From Macrostomum lignano (lineage: Eukaryota), in assembly GCA_002269645.1 (NCBI GenBank), contig NIVC01002421.1:62001-126000 (forward strand): a stretch of 64,000 nt of DNA, in the 5' to 3' direction. The position numbers and the translations under genes were made by a program. Shown piece after piece: positions 26,170 through 39,539 of the stretch. Position 1 is the stretch's first letter. Every line of letters begins with the position of its first letter. Below the pieces are notes generated by a model. The model was given only the letters and a program-made list of their open reading frames with translations, was not told the DNA's origin and did not search any database.

Positions 26170-27225
26170 CAGCTTTTCCCATTCTCTGACAGCTTGTCCC
26201 ATCCTCTGACCGCTTGTCCCATCCTCTGACAGCTTGTCCCATCCTCTGACAGCTTATCCCATCCTCTGACAGCTTGTCCCATCCTTTGACAGCTTGTCCC
26301 ATCCTCTGACAACTTTTCCCATCCTGTGACAGCTTGTCCCATCCTGTGACAGCTTGTCCCATCCTCTGACAGCTTATCCCATCCTCTGACAGCTTATCCC
26401 ATCCTCTGACCGCTTGTCCCATCCTCTGACCGCTTGTCCCATCCTCTGACAGCTTGTCCCATCCTCTGACAGCTTTTCCTATCCTCTGACAGCTTGTCCC
26501 ATCCTCTGACAGCTTGTCCCATCCTGTGACAGCTTTTCCCATCCTCTGACAACTTTTCCCATCCTGTAACAGCTTGTCCCATCCTCTGACAGCTTTTCCC
26601 ATCCTCTGACAGCTTGTCCCATCCTCTGACAGCTTGTCCCATCCTCTGACAGCTTGTCCCATCCTGTGACAGCTTGTCCCATCCTCTGACAGCTTGTCCC
26701 ATCCTCTGACAGCTTGTCCCATCCTCTGACAGCTTTTCCCATCCTCTGACAGCTTGTCCCATCCTGTGACAGCTTGTCCCATACTCTGACAGCTTGTCCC
26801 ATCCTGTGACAGCTTGTCCCATCCTCTGACAGCTTGTCCCATCCTCTGACAGCTTGTCCCATCCTCTGACAGCTTTTCCTATCCTCTGACAGCTTGTCCC
26901 ATCCTCTGACAGCTTGTCCCATCCTCTGACAGCTTGTCCCATCCTCTGACAGCTTATCCCATCCTCTGACAGCTTATCCCATCCTCTGACAGCTTGTCCC
27001 ATCCTTTGACAGCTTGTCCCATCCTCTGACAACTTTTCCCATCCTGTGACAGCTTGTCCCATCCTGTGACAGCTTGTCCCATCCTCTGACAGCTTATCCC
27101 ATCCTCTGACAGCTTATCCCATCCTCTGACAGCTTGTCCCATCCTCTGACAGCTTGTCCCATCCTCTGACAGCTTGTCCCATCCTCTGACAGCTTTTCCT
27201 ATCCTCTGACAGCTTGTTCAATTAT
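26170..27225. repeat. Minisatellite, 20-bp unit ATCCTCTGACAGCTTGTCCC
   Basis: Direct periodicity (exactly three units per 60-nt line). Confidence 0.97.
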
Positions 27226-27664
27226 CTGACTCATTTTCTCATCCTCGGACACTTTGTTCGAAATTGACTGGGAGCAGAAGCTCACAGCTTGGAAAAATTA
27301 CCGACTGTTGCAGCTGCTTGGACTGTTGCGCCAAAATTTGGGAGCGATAAGATGAGCAAATTGGGGAAGAATGGGGAATCTGCGATGGGATGGACGTGCG
27401 AGGCCCGCGAGATGAGCCCTGAGTGGAAGCTTCCCAGCTCCCGACTCCAGCAGAAAAATTGAATTATCCACAGCGATTTATCCAAGCCCTGCCTGCAGCG
27501 GCCTTTTAATGACGGCCAGCTGCTTGAGGCAAATATGCAGATGCGGGTCCCCGCCCCAGCAACCGACACCCCGCCTTCCTTCCCCGTCTCTGGGGATGCT
27601 GGCTGCGATTTCTAGAACACTGCGAGCTAGCAGGGGCTAAGAGATATACTTTATTGGCCGAGGC

Positions 27665-28885
<1,221 letters not shown>

Positions 28886-29388
28886 ATTTGTCTGGAAGCT
28901 TCCCCTAAATGCTGCTCCTAGCCTGGAGACTTTTTTTGGAAGCGAAGCGACCTCCACTGCAGTTAAACAAGTCATTGTGCTTGCAGGTATTCAGTGTACT
29001 TTTTTAGTGTGTTGCCGCCGGCTTGTGACATGCATGAGTGGCGGTCAGACGGGCCGGACCTGTCAGCAGCTGAGCCAGCTCTGTTCACTGATGATGAGCT
29101 GGTAATGAGCGAGCAGCCAGCTGGTTCTCGGGTAACCGGGGGCAGCGGGGGGGGGGGGTTGAGAAGGAGCTCTCTCGGCTCTGAGCTCATCTTTCAGTCT
29201 CGGGGCTTCCATCGGCAATCTGACAAGCCCCCGGCGTGAGGATTTTGATAGAGGCTGGGAAAAAATGGGGGAGAGAGAGAGGAGGGTGAAATCTCCCCAG
29301 AAAAAGAGAATGCATGTTGCCTGTTGGTTTCTGCTTATAGAAGGCGAGGAGAGCCGTCCGTGCTACTCCTGCTGTTCTGCCACCCCAC

Positions 29389-29434
29389 AGCCAATCAGAA
29401 TTCGCCTGACGCTGAGAGCTCTCCGATTGGCTGG
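29389..29434 (+). promoter_or_regulatory. Pair of oppositely oriented CCAAT boxes upstream of the small membrane-protein gene
   Basis: AGCCAATCAG (CCAAT 29391-29395) and GATTGGCTG (ATTGG 29426-29430), 150-190 nt before the ATG at 29581. Confidence 0.4.
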
Positions 29435-29580
29435 GCCGCAGCGTGGAAAAGCAAGCAGTTCATCGCTTCCAACCTCTCCTCTCTTTACTTCTCTCCCCGC
29501 CCTTTTCAACTGCTTGCAGAAGCAGAGAGCGACTGCCGCGCAATTTCTGCAACAAGAAGTTTCTGTTCCATCCCAGTCAG

Positions 29581-29985
29581 ATGCCATCGCAGCTGTCAGC
29601 CGTTGTTGCTGCTGCCCTGGCCGCGGCACTCGCGGCGCTGCTTGACGAAGCATCGGCAGCGGCCGCAGCGACGGTCAACGCCACCAGCGCGCAGGGCGAC
29701 GTCGACGAGGACGACAGCAGCCCGAAGGACTTCATCTTCGTGATCGTGTTCCTCTGCCTGGCCAGCGTAGGCTTCGTGGTGCTGGTGGCCTTCTGCACCC
29801 GCTACGCCTCGTCCAAGTCCGAGCGCCGGGCCGAGCGCTACCTGTTCGAGGTGCAGGAGAGGCGCCGGATCAGCGCGGAGACCGCGGCGCTGAAGTCCAA
29901 GGCGGAGCCGGGAATCAGTCGCGGCGGCTCGGCGCGGCAGCACCAGCCGGTGCCGCAGATCACGATTGAGCACTGCTCATCATGA
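29581..29985 (+). CDS. Uncharacterised small type I membrane protein (134 aa, single exon)
   Basis: GC3-rich codon usage like the neighbouring true exons. Ala/Leu-rich signal-like N-terminus, N-glycosylation sequon NAT, TM helix FIFVIVFLCLASVGFVVLVAFC followed by a basic segment, and C-terminal PQITIE. The ATG is directly preceded by cccagtcag. Confidence 0.7.
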   Translation: MPSQLSAVVAAALAAALAALLDEASAAAAATVNATSAQGDVDEDDSSPKDFIFVIVFLCLASVGFVVLVAFCTRYASSKSERRAERYLFEVQERRRISAETAALKSKAEPGISRGGSARQHQPVPQITIEHCSS

Positions 29986-30044
29986 GCGAGCTGCGAGTTC
30001 GGGATTGACAGATGTTAGCAGATTAGTGGTTTATTGATAGATAA

Positions 30045-30500
30045 AATCTCACAGAGTGACACAATCTGTTTGAATAGCAGAGTGACACAATCTGAGTGAA
30101 TAGCAAAGTGACACAATCTGAGTGAATAGCAGAGTGACACAATCTGAGTGAATAGCAGAGTGACACAATCTGAGTGAATAGCAGAGTGACACAATCTGAG
30201 TGAATAGCAGAGTGACACAATCTGAGTGAATAGCAAAGTGACACAATCTGAGTGAATAGCAGAGGGACACAATCAGAGTGAACAGTAGAGTGACACAATC
30301 TGAGTGAACAGTAGAGTGACACAATCTGAGTGAATAGCAGAGTGACACAATCTGAGTGAATAGCAGAGTGACACAATCTGAGTGAATAGCAGAGTGACTC
30401 AATCTGAGTGAATAGTAGAGTGACACAATCTGAGTGAATAGCAGAGTGACACAATCAGAGAAAATAGCAGAGTGACACAATCTGAGTGAATAGCAGAGTG
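30045..30500. repeat. Minisatellite, 26-bp unit AGAGTGACACAATCTGAGTGAATAGC
   Basis: Direct periodicity. Confidence 0.95.
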
Positions 30501-31064
30501 ACGCAAACAGACCAGAATAGAGCCAGTGTGCTATCTCTGTACAAGCTGAGTAGATCCATCAAGCTTTAATCAGACGAACGCCCATTTGCTTGCCCATCCC
30601 TCCGAGCCAGTTCCCCCTAGCCCTGCAATTTGCACAGCCAGCAGCACAGTGTGTGTAGGCGTATGCGCACCCCCTCGCGGACCGTGACTCGTCCTTGCGT
30701 GTATTTGTCGTTTTCGTCCCAAATTACCGTAGCATTGATAGATTAGCCAGCACTATTGCTGCCCGAATTTATTGGACTTGTTGAAAAAAGTCAAAATGTG
30801 TTGTGCCCGACTTTGTGCCGATACCGATGTTTAAACATGTTGCTTTAGTTTGTGTATAGCATATTATTTTTTAAGCTCTTCTCTAATAAAATGGCTGCAT
30901 AGGTGTTTGTTGTTTATCAATGTAACAAAAATAATGTAAATAAAGCCATTTCAACGGAGTGACTACGCTCGTACTACCTTACTGACTTTTGATGGACCCT
31001 GACACAATGACCACCCGACACGAAGACTATCTGACACAATGACTATCTACTATAGGCTACTTCA

Positions 31065-31295
31065 CGTACCCTGATTGGTTTGGCACAAACCACCCACCTC
31101 ACTCCCTAAATTTACTCTTTGCTCCTTTATGTCTCCAGATTGGCTGGCACTTACCACCTACCTCACTCGCTAAATTTACTCTTTGCTCCTTCACGTTCCC
31201 TGACTGGCTGGCACTTGCCACCCACCTCACTCCCTAAAGTTACTCTCTGCTCTTCCACGTCTCCTGATTGGCTGACACTAACCCCCACCTCAGTC
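31065..31295. repeat. Degenerate ~61-bp tandem repeat (x4), most units carrying CTGATTGG
   Basis: Repeating CCTGATTGG(C/T)TGGCAC...CCACCTCACTCCCTAAA(T/G)TTACTC. Confidence 0.7.
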
Positions 31296-32519
31296 CCTTA
31301 GTTGAAAAGCTGCTGCTGACTGCCCCAAGCCCATTTCGATTTAAGAAGCGTAAACCAAAGCGCTTCGCCAAAGCGCAAACTAAAGTTTCACTGTTTATTT
31401 ACAATTTGAGTTGAGCTTACCGGTAAATCTGACTTGAAATTGGATTATTTCCTGCAAAATATTTTAAAAGCAGTCCACTGACATGTTTGCACTATTAAAG
31501 CTTTTCTTTCCTATCTATTGTGTTTACCTCACTGAGCTTCTTGTTAATTCCTGTCCTACATCTGGCACTAAATGCAAGGCGCAACTGTTTGATGCGGGGG
31601 GGTTTCCGCTTCCCGCGCTTCGCCGTCCCCGCCCAGCCAAAGCGGCTCAAATGTGAGCTGGAGCAAAAAATCGCGCGAGCACCTGTCCGGCTGGGCTGAG
31701 AGTCGGGGATTCATTAATCGGAATGAGATGATGACGCCGAGAAGCTGCTGCACTGTTCCCGTGCGTCACAACACGGTTCATCGGGTTCACCAAGTCTGCA
31801 TTAATTCAGTGTTGAGGCAAGTTAATGTTTTATCAGCCAGTCTGCAAAATTCTCGCCTTCCGAAGTGCTCGCTTAGTTAATGACAGAGCGCAAAATCGAA
31901 AAAGAAGTGAAAAGCAGTCGCTAAAAGTGCCGGGTAGGCAGAATCAGGGAGGGCTTAACAAGGCGAAAGAAGGAGAGAAGAGGCTGACGTAGAGTGTACA
32001 ATTCTGAGCAAGAGCTCAACGGAGTACATTGACATGCAATTCCAGGCACGAGGGCGCAAATTAGCCTCAAATCGCAGACATGTCCAGCAAACATGAAATG
32101 CCTCTAGAAGAGAGTCAATGCACTGTATTGCCGTTGCGAGTCAGCAATTAGTGCCTTCTCTCTCGTCCTCCCTTCCCTCATCTCTGCCCAGCTCTCCATC
32201 ACGCCCTCCCGGCTCGCGGCTACTAGGAGGAGGCGGTCGGCAACGGAAATTGCTAGAAAAAAAGCGGTTCCTCACGTCGGGCTGAATCCGCGACCAGCCT
32301 CCGACGCCGCCCCCCCCCCACTCCGATGTCAAACCTAACTGGAATTGCAATCTGCCCTTAGCGTGCATTGGCGCAGACTATTTTTATTTTCAAAACAAAT
32401 CACCATTGCTTGTGAGCGACTTTTCAAAATGGGAGAGCAGGAGAGCCGCATCACCGCATCACTTGGCAACCTGAGTTCAGGTTAGCAACTGATAGCAGCA
32501 GATCGTCAAGACTGTGTCA

Positions 32520-33400
32520 GGAGTGTGAGATGTCAAGATTGCCAGATGTCAGGGTGTGAGATGTCAAGATTGCCAGATGTCAGGGTGTGAGATGTCAAGA
32601 TTGCCAGATGTCAGGGTGTGAGATGTCAAGATTGTCAGATGTCAGGGTGTGAGATGTCAAGATTGCCAGATGTCAGGGTGTGAGATGTCAAGATTGCCAG
32701 ATGTCAGGGTGTGAGATGTCAAGATTGCCAGATGTCAGGTGTGTGAGATGTCAAGATTGCCAGATGTCAGGGTGTGAGATGTCAAGATTGTCAGATGTCA
32801 GGGTGTGAGATGTCAAGATTGCCAGATGTCAGGGTGTGAGATGTCAAGATTGCCAGATGTCAGGGTGTGAGATGTCAAGATTGCCAGATGTCAGGAGTGT
32901 GAGATGTCAAGATTGCCAGATGTCAGGGTGTGAGATGTCAAGATTGTCAGATGTCAGGGTGTGAGATGTCAAGATTGTCAGATGTCAGGAGTGTGAGATG
33001 TCAAGATTGCCAGATGTCAGGGTGTGAGATGTCAAGATTGTCAGATGTCAGGAGTGTGAGATGTCAAGATTGCCAGATGTCAGGGTGTGAGATGTCAAGA
33101 TTGTCAGATGTCAGGAGTGTGAGATGTCAAGTTTGTCAGATGTCAGGAGTGTGAGATGTCAAGTTTGTCAAATGTCAGGAGTGTGACGTGTCCGGATTTT
33201 GGAGTGTGCTGTGTCCAGATTTTGGAGTGTAAGGTGTCCGGATTGTCGGGTGTCAGGAATGTGAGCTGTCCGGATTGTCGGGTGTCAGGAATGTGAACTG
33301 TCCGGATTGTCGGGTGTCAGGAATGTGAACTGTCCGGATTGTCGGGTGTCAGGAATGTGAGCTGTCCGGATTGTCGGGTGTCAGGAATGTGAGGTGTCAG
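32520..33400. repeat. Two adjacent related minisatellites: 31-32-bp GTGTGAGATGTCAAGATTGCCAGATGTCAGG (32520-33180) and 32-bp GTCCGGATTGTCGGGTGTCAGGAATGTGAGCT (33230-33400)
   Basis: Direct periodicity. Confidence 0.92.
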
Positions 33401-34174
33401 GAGAGTGTCAGTGACAACAAAGCAGTGCTAATTATACACCCACCTTCGCACCCAGAGGAAGCATAATGGTCCCCTACATCTCAGCCAGCAACTCACAGAC
33501 GCGGGATTCATAAAACACGAGAGCCTCCCGGCGCCTCTCACAGTTCCGCAGCTCCCATCAGGGGGGGGGGGAGGTTTTGCTGTTCCAAGCTCCGCCTGAG
33601 CAGACAAAAAGAATAGCAGAGACAAGAGGGAGCCGAGACGTCGCTGCAGGTGGTTTGCGGCCCGCTTAAAGGCCCGGACGAAATGCTTCTGCAGGCCTTC
33701 TGCTTCCTGCCCTCATTGCCCTCAACCTGCTGATTGACAAGGAACTCCCCCATCCTAATAACTGAACTGAAAGCAGCGACATTCAAATGAACTCACGGGG
33801 CTGATTTTGCTGTTGATTTCACAGCTTATAATTTGCTGCCCGAACCCCCCCCCCCACCAACGCTGCTTTTCAACTTTTCAACGACTCTCCGGTTAATTAA
33901 ACTCAAGCAGGTGAGCAAAGAGCATAGAGGCTCTCCAAAGCCTTAATCGCTGGAAACTTAAGCCTTTGACAAAACATCCGCATTGATTGTTAACCCGGCC
34001 TTGCTGTCTAATCTTTCAAAATATTAAGCCTAAATAAGGAGGCTTGTAATGAACGTCTTTATGGAATTGAAATCGCTATCCGATTCAATCACAATGACAT
34101 TTCATTTAAATCTTTCATGACCACCATTGGAAGATTCCGAACATTCGACTACTTTATTGTGGAAGATGTACCCA

Positions 34175-34668
34175 CACCGATGAATCTGCTCCATGACCCA
34201 CCGATGAATCTGCTCCATGACCCACACCGATGAAGCTGCTCTATGACCCACACCAATGAATCTGATCCATGACCCACACCGATGAATCTGCTCCATGACC
34301 CACACCGATGAATCTGCTCCATGACCCACACCGATGAATCTGCTCCATGACCCACACCGATAAATCTGCTCCATGACCCACACCGATAAATCTGCTCCAT
34401 GACCCACACCGATGAAGCTGCTCCATGACCCACACCGATGAATCTGCTCCATGACCCACACCGATGAATCTGCTCCATGACCCACACCGATGAAGCTGGT
34501 CCATGACCCACACCGATAAATCTGCTCCATGACCCACACCGATAAATCTGCTCCATGACCCACACTGATAAATCTGCTTCATGACCCACACCGATGAATC
34601 TGCTTCATGACCCACACCGATGAATCTGCTCCATGACCCACACTGATGAATCTGCTCCATGACCCACA
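34175..34668. repeat. Minisatellite, 26-bp unit CCGATGAATCTGCTCCATGACCCACA (left part, interrupted by the P element)
   Basis: Direct; continues at 38313. Confidence 0.95.
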
Positions 34669-37600
34669 CAAGGACTACTTAAGTAGAAGGACGCTGCACT
34701 CCCGAATGGTGTAGATTTTTTTGAAGGCCATTTTTCAAAATGCTGTTATTTTTAAATGGTTGCATGTAGAGGTCTAGTTTTTTCACGGGGTTGCTCAGAA
34801 TTTATTCCTCTTTTAGATGAGTGAACAGTTTCGGCTGCAACTACATGTATTCGCGAGAAATGTACAGCAAGGTACTGTTACCCCCTTCTTTATTATAGAA
34901 CAATAAAGCTAGGATATTTAAAGGATAATTCCGACAATTGAGCTAATGTAATCCAATTAAAATGAGATGAGATTAACAAAGAACGAAGCCCGTCAGTCTG
35001 TACTTTTCAAAAGCCATCCCTGATCTTTTCAACAATAAAATAACAAAGAGCAAAAGCAGAGAAACTGGCACAATGCCAGTGCTGATAACAATCGATGTAT
35101 CGTTGTTGGACTGGAAACAAAAAATGTTGAACTGAACTGGTTGCTTGTTGCACAGCAGCTCATTGTACTTTAATCTCAATTGATAGCTACAGTAAGGCAA
35201 ATATGTATGTAAGGCTGCAAATATAAGACTGTGTATAGTGTATAGTGTATAGAAACTGTGGCAACTATTGGGTAGGCAACAGCAGTAAAATGCAGAAACC
35301 AACTTATGAAAGCAGCAACAAATGTTTAAACCAACGTATGAAAGCAGCAACAGATGCATAAACCAACTTATGAAAGCATAAGCATATTCAATGACGTGAA
35401 TGTGAATTGGGTCTGTATAAAACATGGACAACCATGGACTATGGGTCAAATTACATGCTCAATCAATTAACAATGTTCGCTTCAATTCTACGAGCTATGT
35501 TGCCTCCGATTTTGGCTTATTGCATTTTTGGTTGGATATTTCGATATTTTCCAGTGTCCACTTCGTTTGTTTAAATTAGAGGTGTCTAAGTGTACAATGG
35601 GTGTTCAAGTTTTATACGAACTCGGTGTGTTGATAGAATGTCACGGATTTCTCAAAAAGCGTACAAACAGCTCATAACTAACTTGATGCTAACTTTCGCA
35701 GACGCCGTCCACTGCCGGGCGTCTCTCGTACATGGTCCGAATCACGACGCACGAGTCCTTTAAAAAATGTGTTAGCTAACCTCCTGGAAATGCGGCTAAC
35801 CTGAGCTGGATCTGAAACAGTTACATCCATGAAAGCTTCAAAAACGTTAATAAAAGATCGGACACAATAGTTGACGCAGTGGATCTTGACAGAGGAGAAA
35901 AAAGCATAGCACAGGCTGGAGAAAACTAAAAGCCACTCTGGCGGGTGCCGGAGCTTGCCACGAGATAGCAGCGATGTAAATTCGCTACCGCCAGGAAACT
36001 CAGTTGCAAATGCTTCAAAAACTTCTGGAAGATGCTCTTTAGCAGCAACGTAACCGGAAATATAGTACAAAGAAGCATTCTCCTCATCTGTATTGTGGCT
36101 GATCTTGTCTTGAAGCTGATCAAACACCTCTAGATCAGAGTCCTTCATCCCATCGGAACAGCATGTCGCCGGCTCATGAGCCTCAAAGCTGTTCTGAAGC
36201 GCTCCGTACAATTTCATTCGGTGCAGCCGAGCACTGGCCATAACTTGCTCGACTGTTATGTAGTAACACCCGCCGTGGCCCTGGCGGTAGAGAGCGAACT
36301 CGGCCTCCAATCTGTCTGATTGCAGTACACCTTAAAGACAATTTCGTGACCCATTAGATAGCCGTGACCTGCATCCCCACAATTCATTAAATTCATTCCC
36401 TAGCAACAATTATTCAAAAACTGATTGCTGCATGTAAATAATGCAAAGAACTCACCAAGAAGAACGTAAGAAAATCGATGGTTGGTTAGAAGGTGTCTGC
36501 TGAGGCCCACCAGACCTCTTGTTGTCTGGATTAAAGCGTTGCGCGTCTCTGTGGTGAGCGACCGACCGCGTCCCGCACCTCGTCCACCCGGCATGCGCTC
36601 CACCAGTGCGGAGAAATTAAGTAAATGTGTCAAGCTGCTAGATGAGTGAATCCGATCAGTCTCATTGAATGAGTCCATTTCATCAGCAATTTGAGCCCGC
36701 TGGTTTAACAGAATACCGCGGCGTTGAACATCTCTAGAGTGCTCTGAAGTAAGAATAATAATATGTAAGGTATGAAATCAGACAAAAACTTAATTAAGTA
36801 AAATATTATAGAAAGCCTATCATTTGGTACAAACTGTAATATTTAACCTTGCTATGAGATATACTTACTTGGCTCAGTCAGGCGAAGAGAGCCTGTTGGA
36901 AGATTTGGGAATACACTTGGTGGGTCCATAGGGCGCATGAATCGCTTGACCTTTAACATTGGTGCATTTGTTGGCCAATGTTTTTGGCAAATGCCCATGT
37001 ATTTAGATGGACTCTAAAACAGTAAGTATTATATCATATTGTACTAATGTTCCATTAGCATGTGAATTAAGCAAGACAAGAATATGCAATAGCAGCAATA
37101 GCACCATACCTTAACATTTGGTGGCAAAGCTCGGATCCACATGCTGTAGTCTTCTTTATCCTTTGGAAAGCTATACACTGTCACCTTCTCACCAGATTTG
37201 TAGTTACTTGTACACTTTGGAAGACAGCATTTCATTGGCATTGCAGAAATTCTGAAGCTAACAAAAAGAAATATATACAGCTTCTATACATTATATCTAG
37301 TAAAAAATTGCTACAATACTGTATTGCTTTTATCCCAACAGGCCAATATAATCAATTCTATACTAAATCACTTCAATAGTATTACTAAAGTTGAAAATTT
37401 GTCTTCTAAAGTCTATTATACGCATTTTCCTTTAGAATCACTTTCTATATATAAATATTTATATTTTAAATTCAATGCAAGGCCTGAGTATTGAATATAT
37501 CTTGGTTCCATTAAACTAGACTAGGTTAAAAAACTGCTCTCCAAACAGCAGAAATAAATTCAATATGTTGTTAGGCCTATCATTTAAATAAAATATAAAG

Positions 37601-38312
37601 TTTCAAGACAAGTCTGAAAATAGAACTTTTGTATCCAGTAGAACCGTTTAAGAAGCCTAATCTACAGATATTTGACAGAATAGTAAAATTAGTACCTTCT
37701 ATACAATATGCAAGTATCTAATATCTATCTACCTTCAAATTAAGAATAATACTTTATAACGATCTACTCATAAACTAATCAGTAGGTCCTTTCTACACAA
37801 CATTTTTGTAGAACATGCTAAAAAAGCATAGTAGGCCCTAGATATTATTATATATCAGGCATAGCCAGGGTATAGACTAACATTTAATATAGAATGTCTA
37901 TAGCTAATTTAAATTTACCAAAAAAATAAAGACATAGAAAGCAGTCATCATAGAATGCTAAAGAAACTACTGATTATTGAGAGAAACTAACACTTTAATC
38001 CAACCTTTAACATTTAACATTACAGAATTGAAAACCCTCGAAAAAATACGAAGTATTTAAAAGTAAACGTGTCAAGGACACTAACTTGGCGAAATACAAT
38101 AGAGGAGCGAATACACTAGGTCTTTTTGATAAGTTTCAGCAGTTTTTTCTTTTCAGCAGGGTTGTAGTCAGTCTGAGCAAGCCATTGAAGATGAAAATCG
38201 TGAATTTTTTGTATCTCGTTAATGTATTTTTCGGCGAAAATTGGCCTTCAAAAAAAATTACACGAACCGCGAGTGCAGCGTCCTTCTATAAACGATACTT
38301 AAGTAGTCCTTG
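34669..38312 (-). mobile_element. P-superfamily DNA transposon, 3644 bp, internally deleted; 8-bp TSD GACCCACA
   Basis: 17-bp perfect terminal IR CAAGGACTACTTAAGTA plus a 16-bp subterminal IR GAAGGACGCTGCACTC offset by 9 nt at the right end. TSD at 34661-34668 and 38313-38320. Encodes THAP and P-transposase C-terminal motifs. Confidence 0.92.
35678..37241 (-). CDS. THAP-domain P-element transposase derivative lacking most of the catalytic core; 4 exons: 37110-37241, 36869-37013, 36456-36743, 35678-36330 (405 aa)
   Basis: THAP C2CH (KCCLPKC...YSFP...W...ICQKHW...PSVFP). C-terminal transposase motifs LTTETRNAL, FSYVLLG, LQSDRLEAEFALYRQGHGGCYY, SLYYISGYV and LSRGKLRHP. GT-AG junctions are phase-consistent (1218 nt, no stops). 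Confidence 0.8.
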
Positions 38313-38880
38313 GACCCACACTGATGAAGCTGCTCCATGACCCACACCGATGAATCTGCTCCATGACCCACACCGATGAATCTGCTCCATGACCCACACC
38401 GATGAATTTGCTCCATGTCCCACACTGATGAATCTGCTCCATGACCCACATCGATAAAGCTGCTCAATGACCCACCGATGAATCTGCTCCATGTCCCACA
38501 CTGATGAATCTGCTCCATGACCCACATCGATAAAGCTGCTCAATGACCCACCGATGAATCTGCTCCATGTCCCACACTGATGAATCTGCTCCATGACCCA
38601 CATCGATAAAGCTGCTCAATGACCCACCGATGAATCTGTTCCATGACCCACACTGATGAATCTGCTCTATGACCCGCCAATAAATCTGTTCTATGACCCA
38701 CCAATGAATCTTCTCAATGACAATCCGATGCATCTGCTCTATGACCCGCCAATAAATCTGTTCTATGACCCACCAATGAATCTTCTCAATGACCATCCGA
38801 TGCATCTGCTCTATGACCCACCAATAAATCTGTTCTATGACCCTCCAATAAATCTGCTCTATGACCCGCCAATAATCTGC
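38313..38880. repeat. Right part of the 26-bp minisatellite, degenerating distally
   Basis: Same unit as 34175-34668. Confidence 0.92.
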
Positions 38881-39539
38881 TTTATGACCTCATTAATATG
38901 ACCCTTAGACCGTACCGCATTCTCAAAAGAACAGACACTGCAGCCAAAAGCAACTGATTACGTTGAACATTTCAGCAGCAGCCCAGACTTCAGTTAAAAG
39001 CCGAGCGTATGAATGAATATATTTAAGCAAATTTATAATTAGGCAGCTTCTGCGTCAGATTCTGGAGCAACAGTAATTCTTGAGCGGTAATCAAGGGGAA
39101 ATTCGGCTTGAAGCATTTTGGTGAGTTAGCAGGCAAATTGAGAAGATAATTAAGCACATGAGCACATCTCAGTACCATAAGCTTTAGCAGAATAGCAAGC
39201 GGAATCACTTATTGAAAATTCTGTACAAACCCGAGCTGTTCCGGTTATTGACAGGGCAAATTATCATTATTAATACGAATGCAGTTGCTACTGCTGTTTT
39301 GGGAAGCCTCAGCAGTCAGCAAATCGAAAACAAATGAAAAATCTGAGATTTGCCGAATTTTTCGCGCATGTAAAATTCATTCTCAAAAAAACAAACTATT
39401 GAACTTGAAAAAGCGGTTTAATATGATGAAGAGAAGATTGAGAATGCACCTGAACTGTATTGGTAATTAATTAAGCGAACCAAATGTTTAGCTAATCAGT
39501 CACTGAACCAACAAGCTGATTATTTGCAAAATCCTTTCT

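Noticed and set aside
29146-33860. Scattered G10-12/C10-12 homopolymer runs
   Set aside because: No shared flanks or spacing; cannot be distinguished from ordinary slippage.
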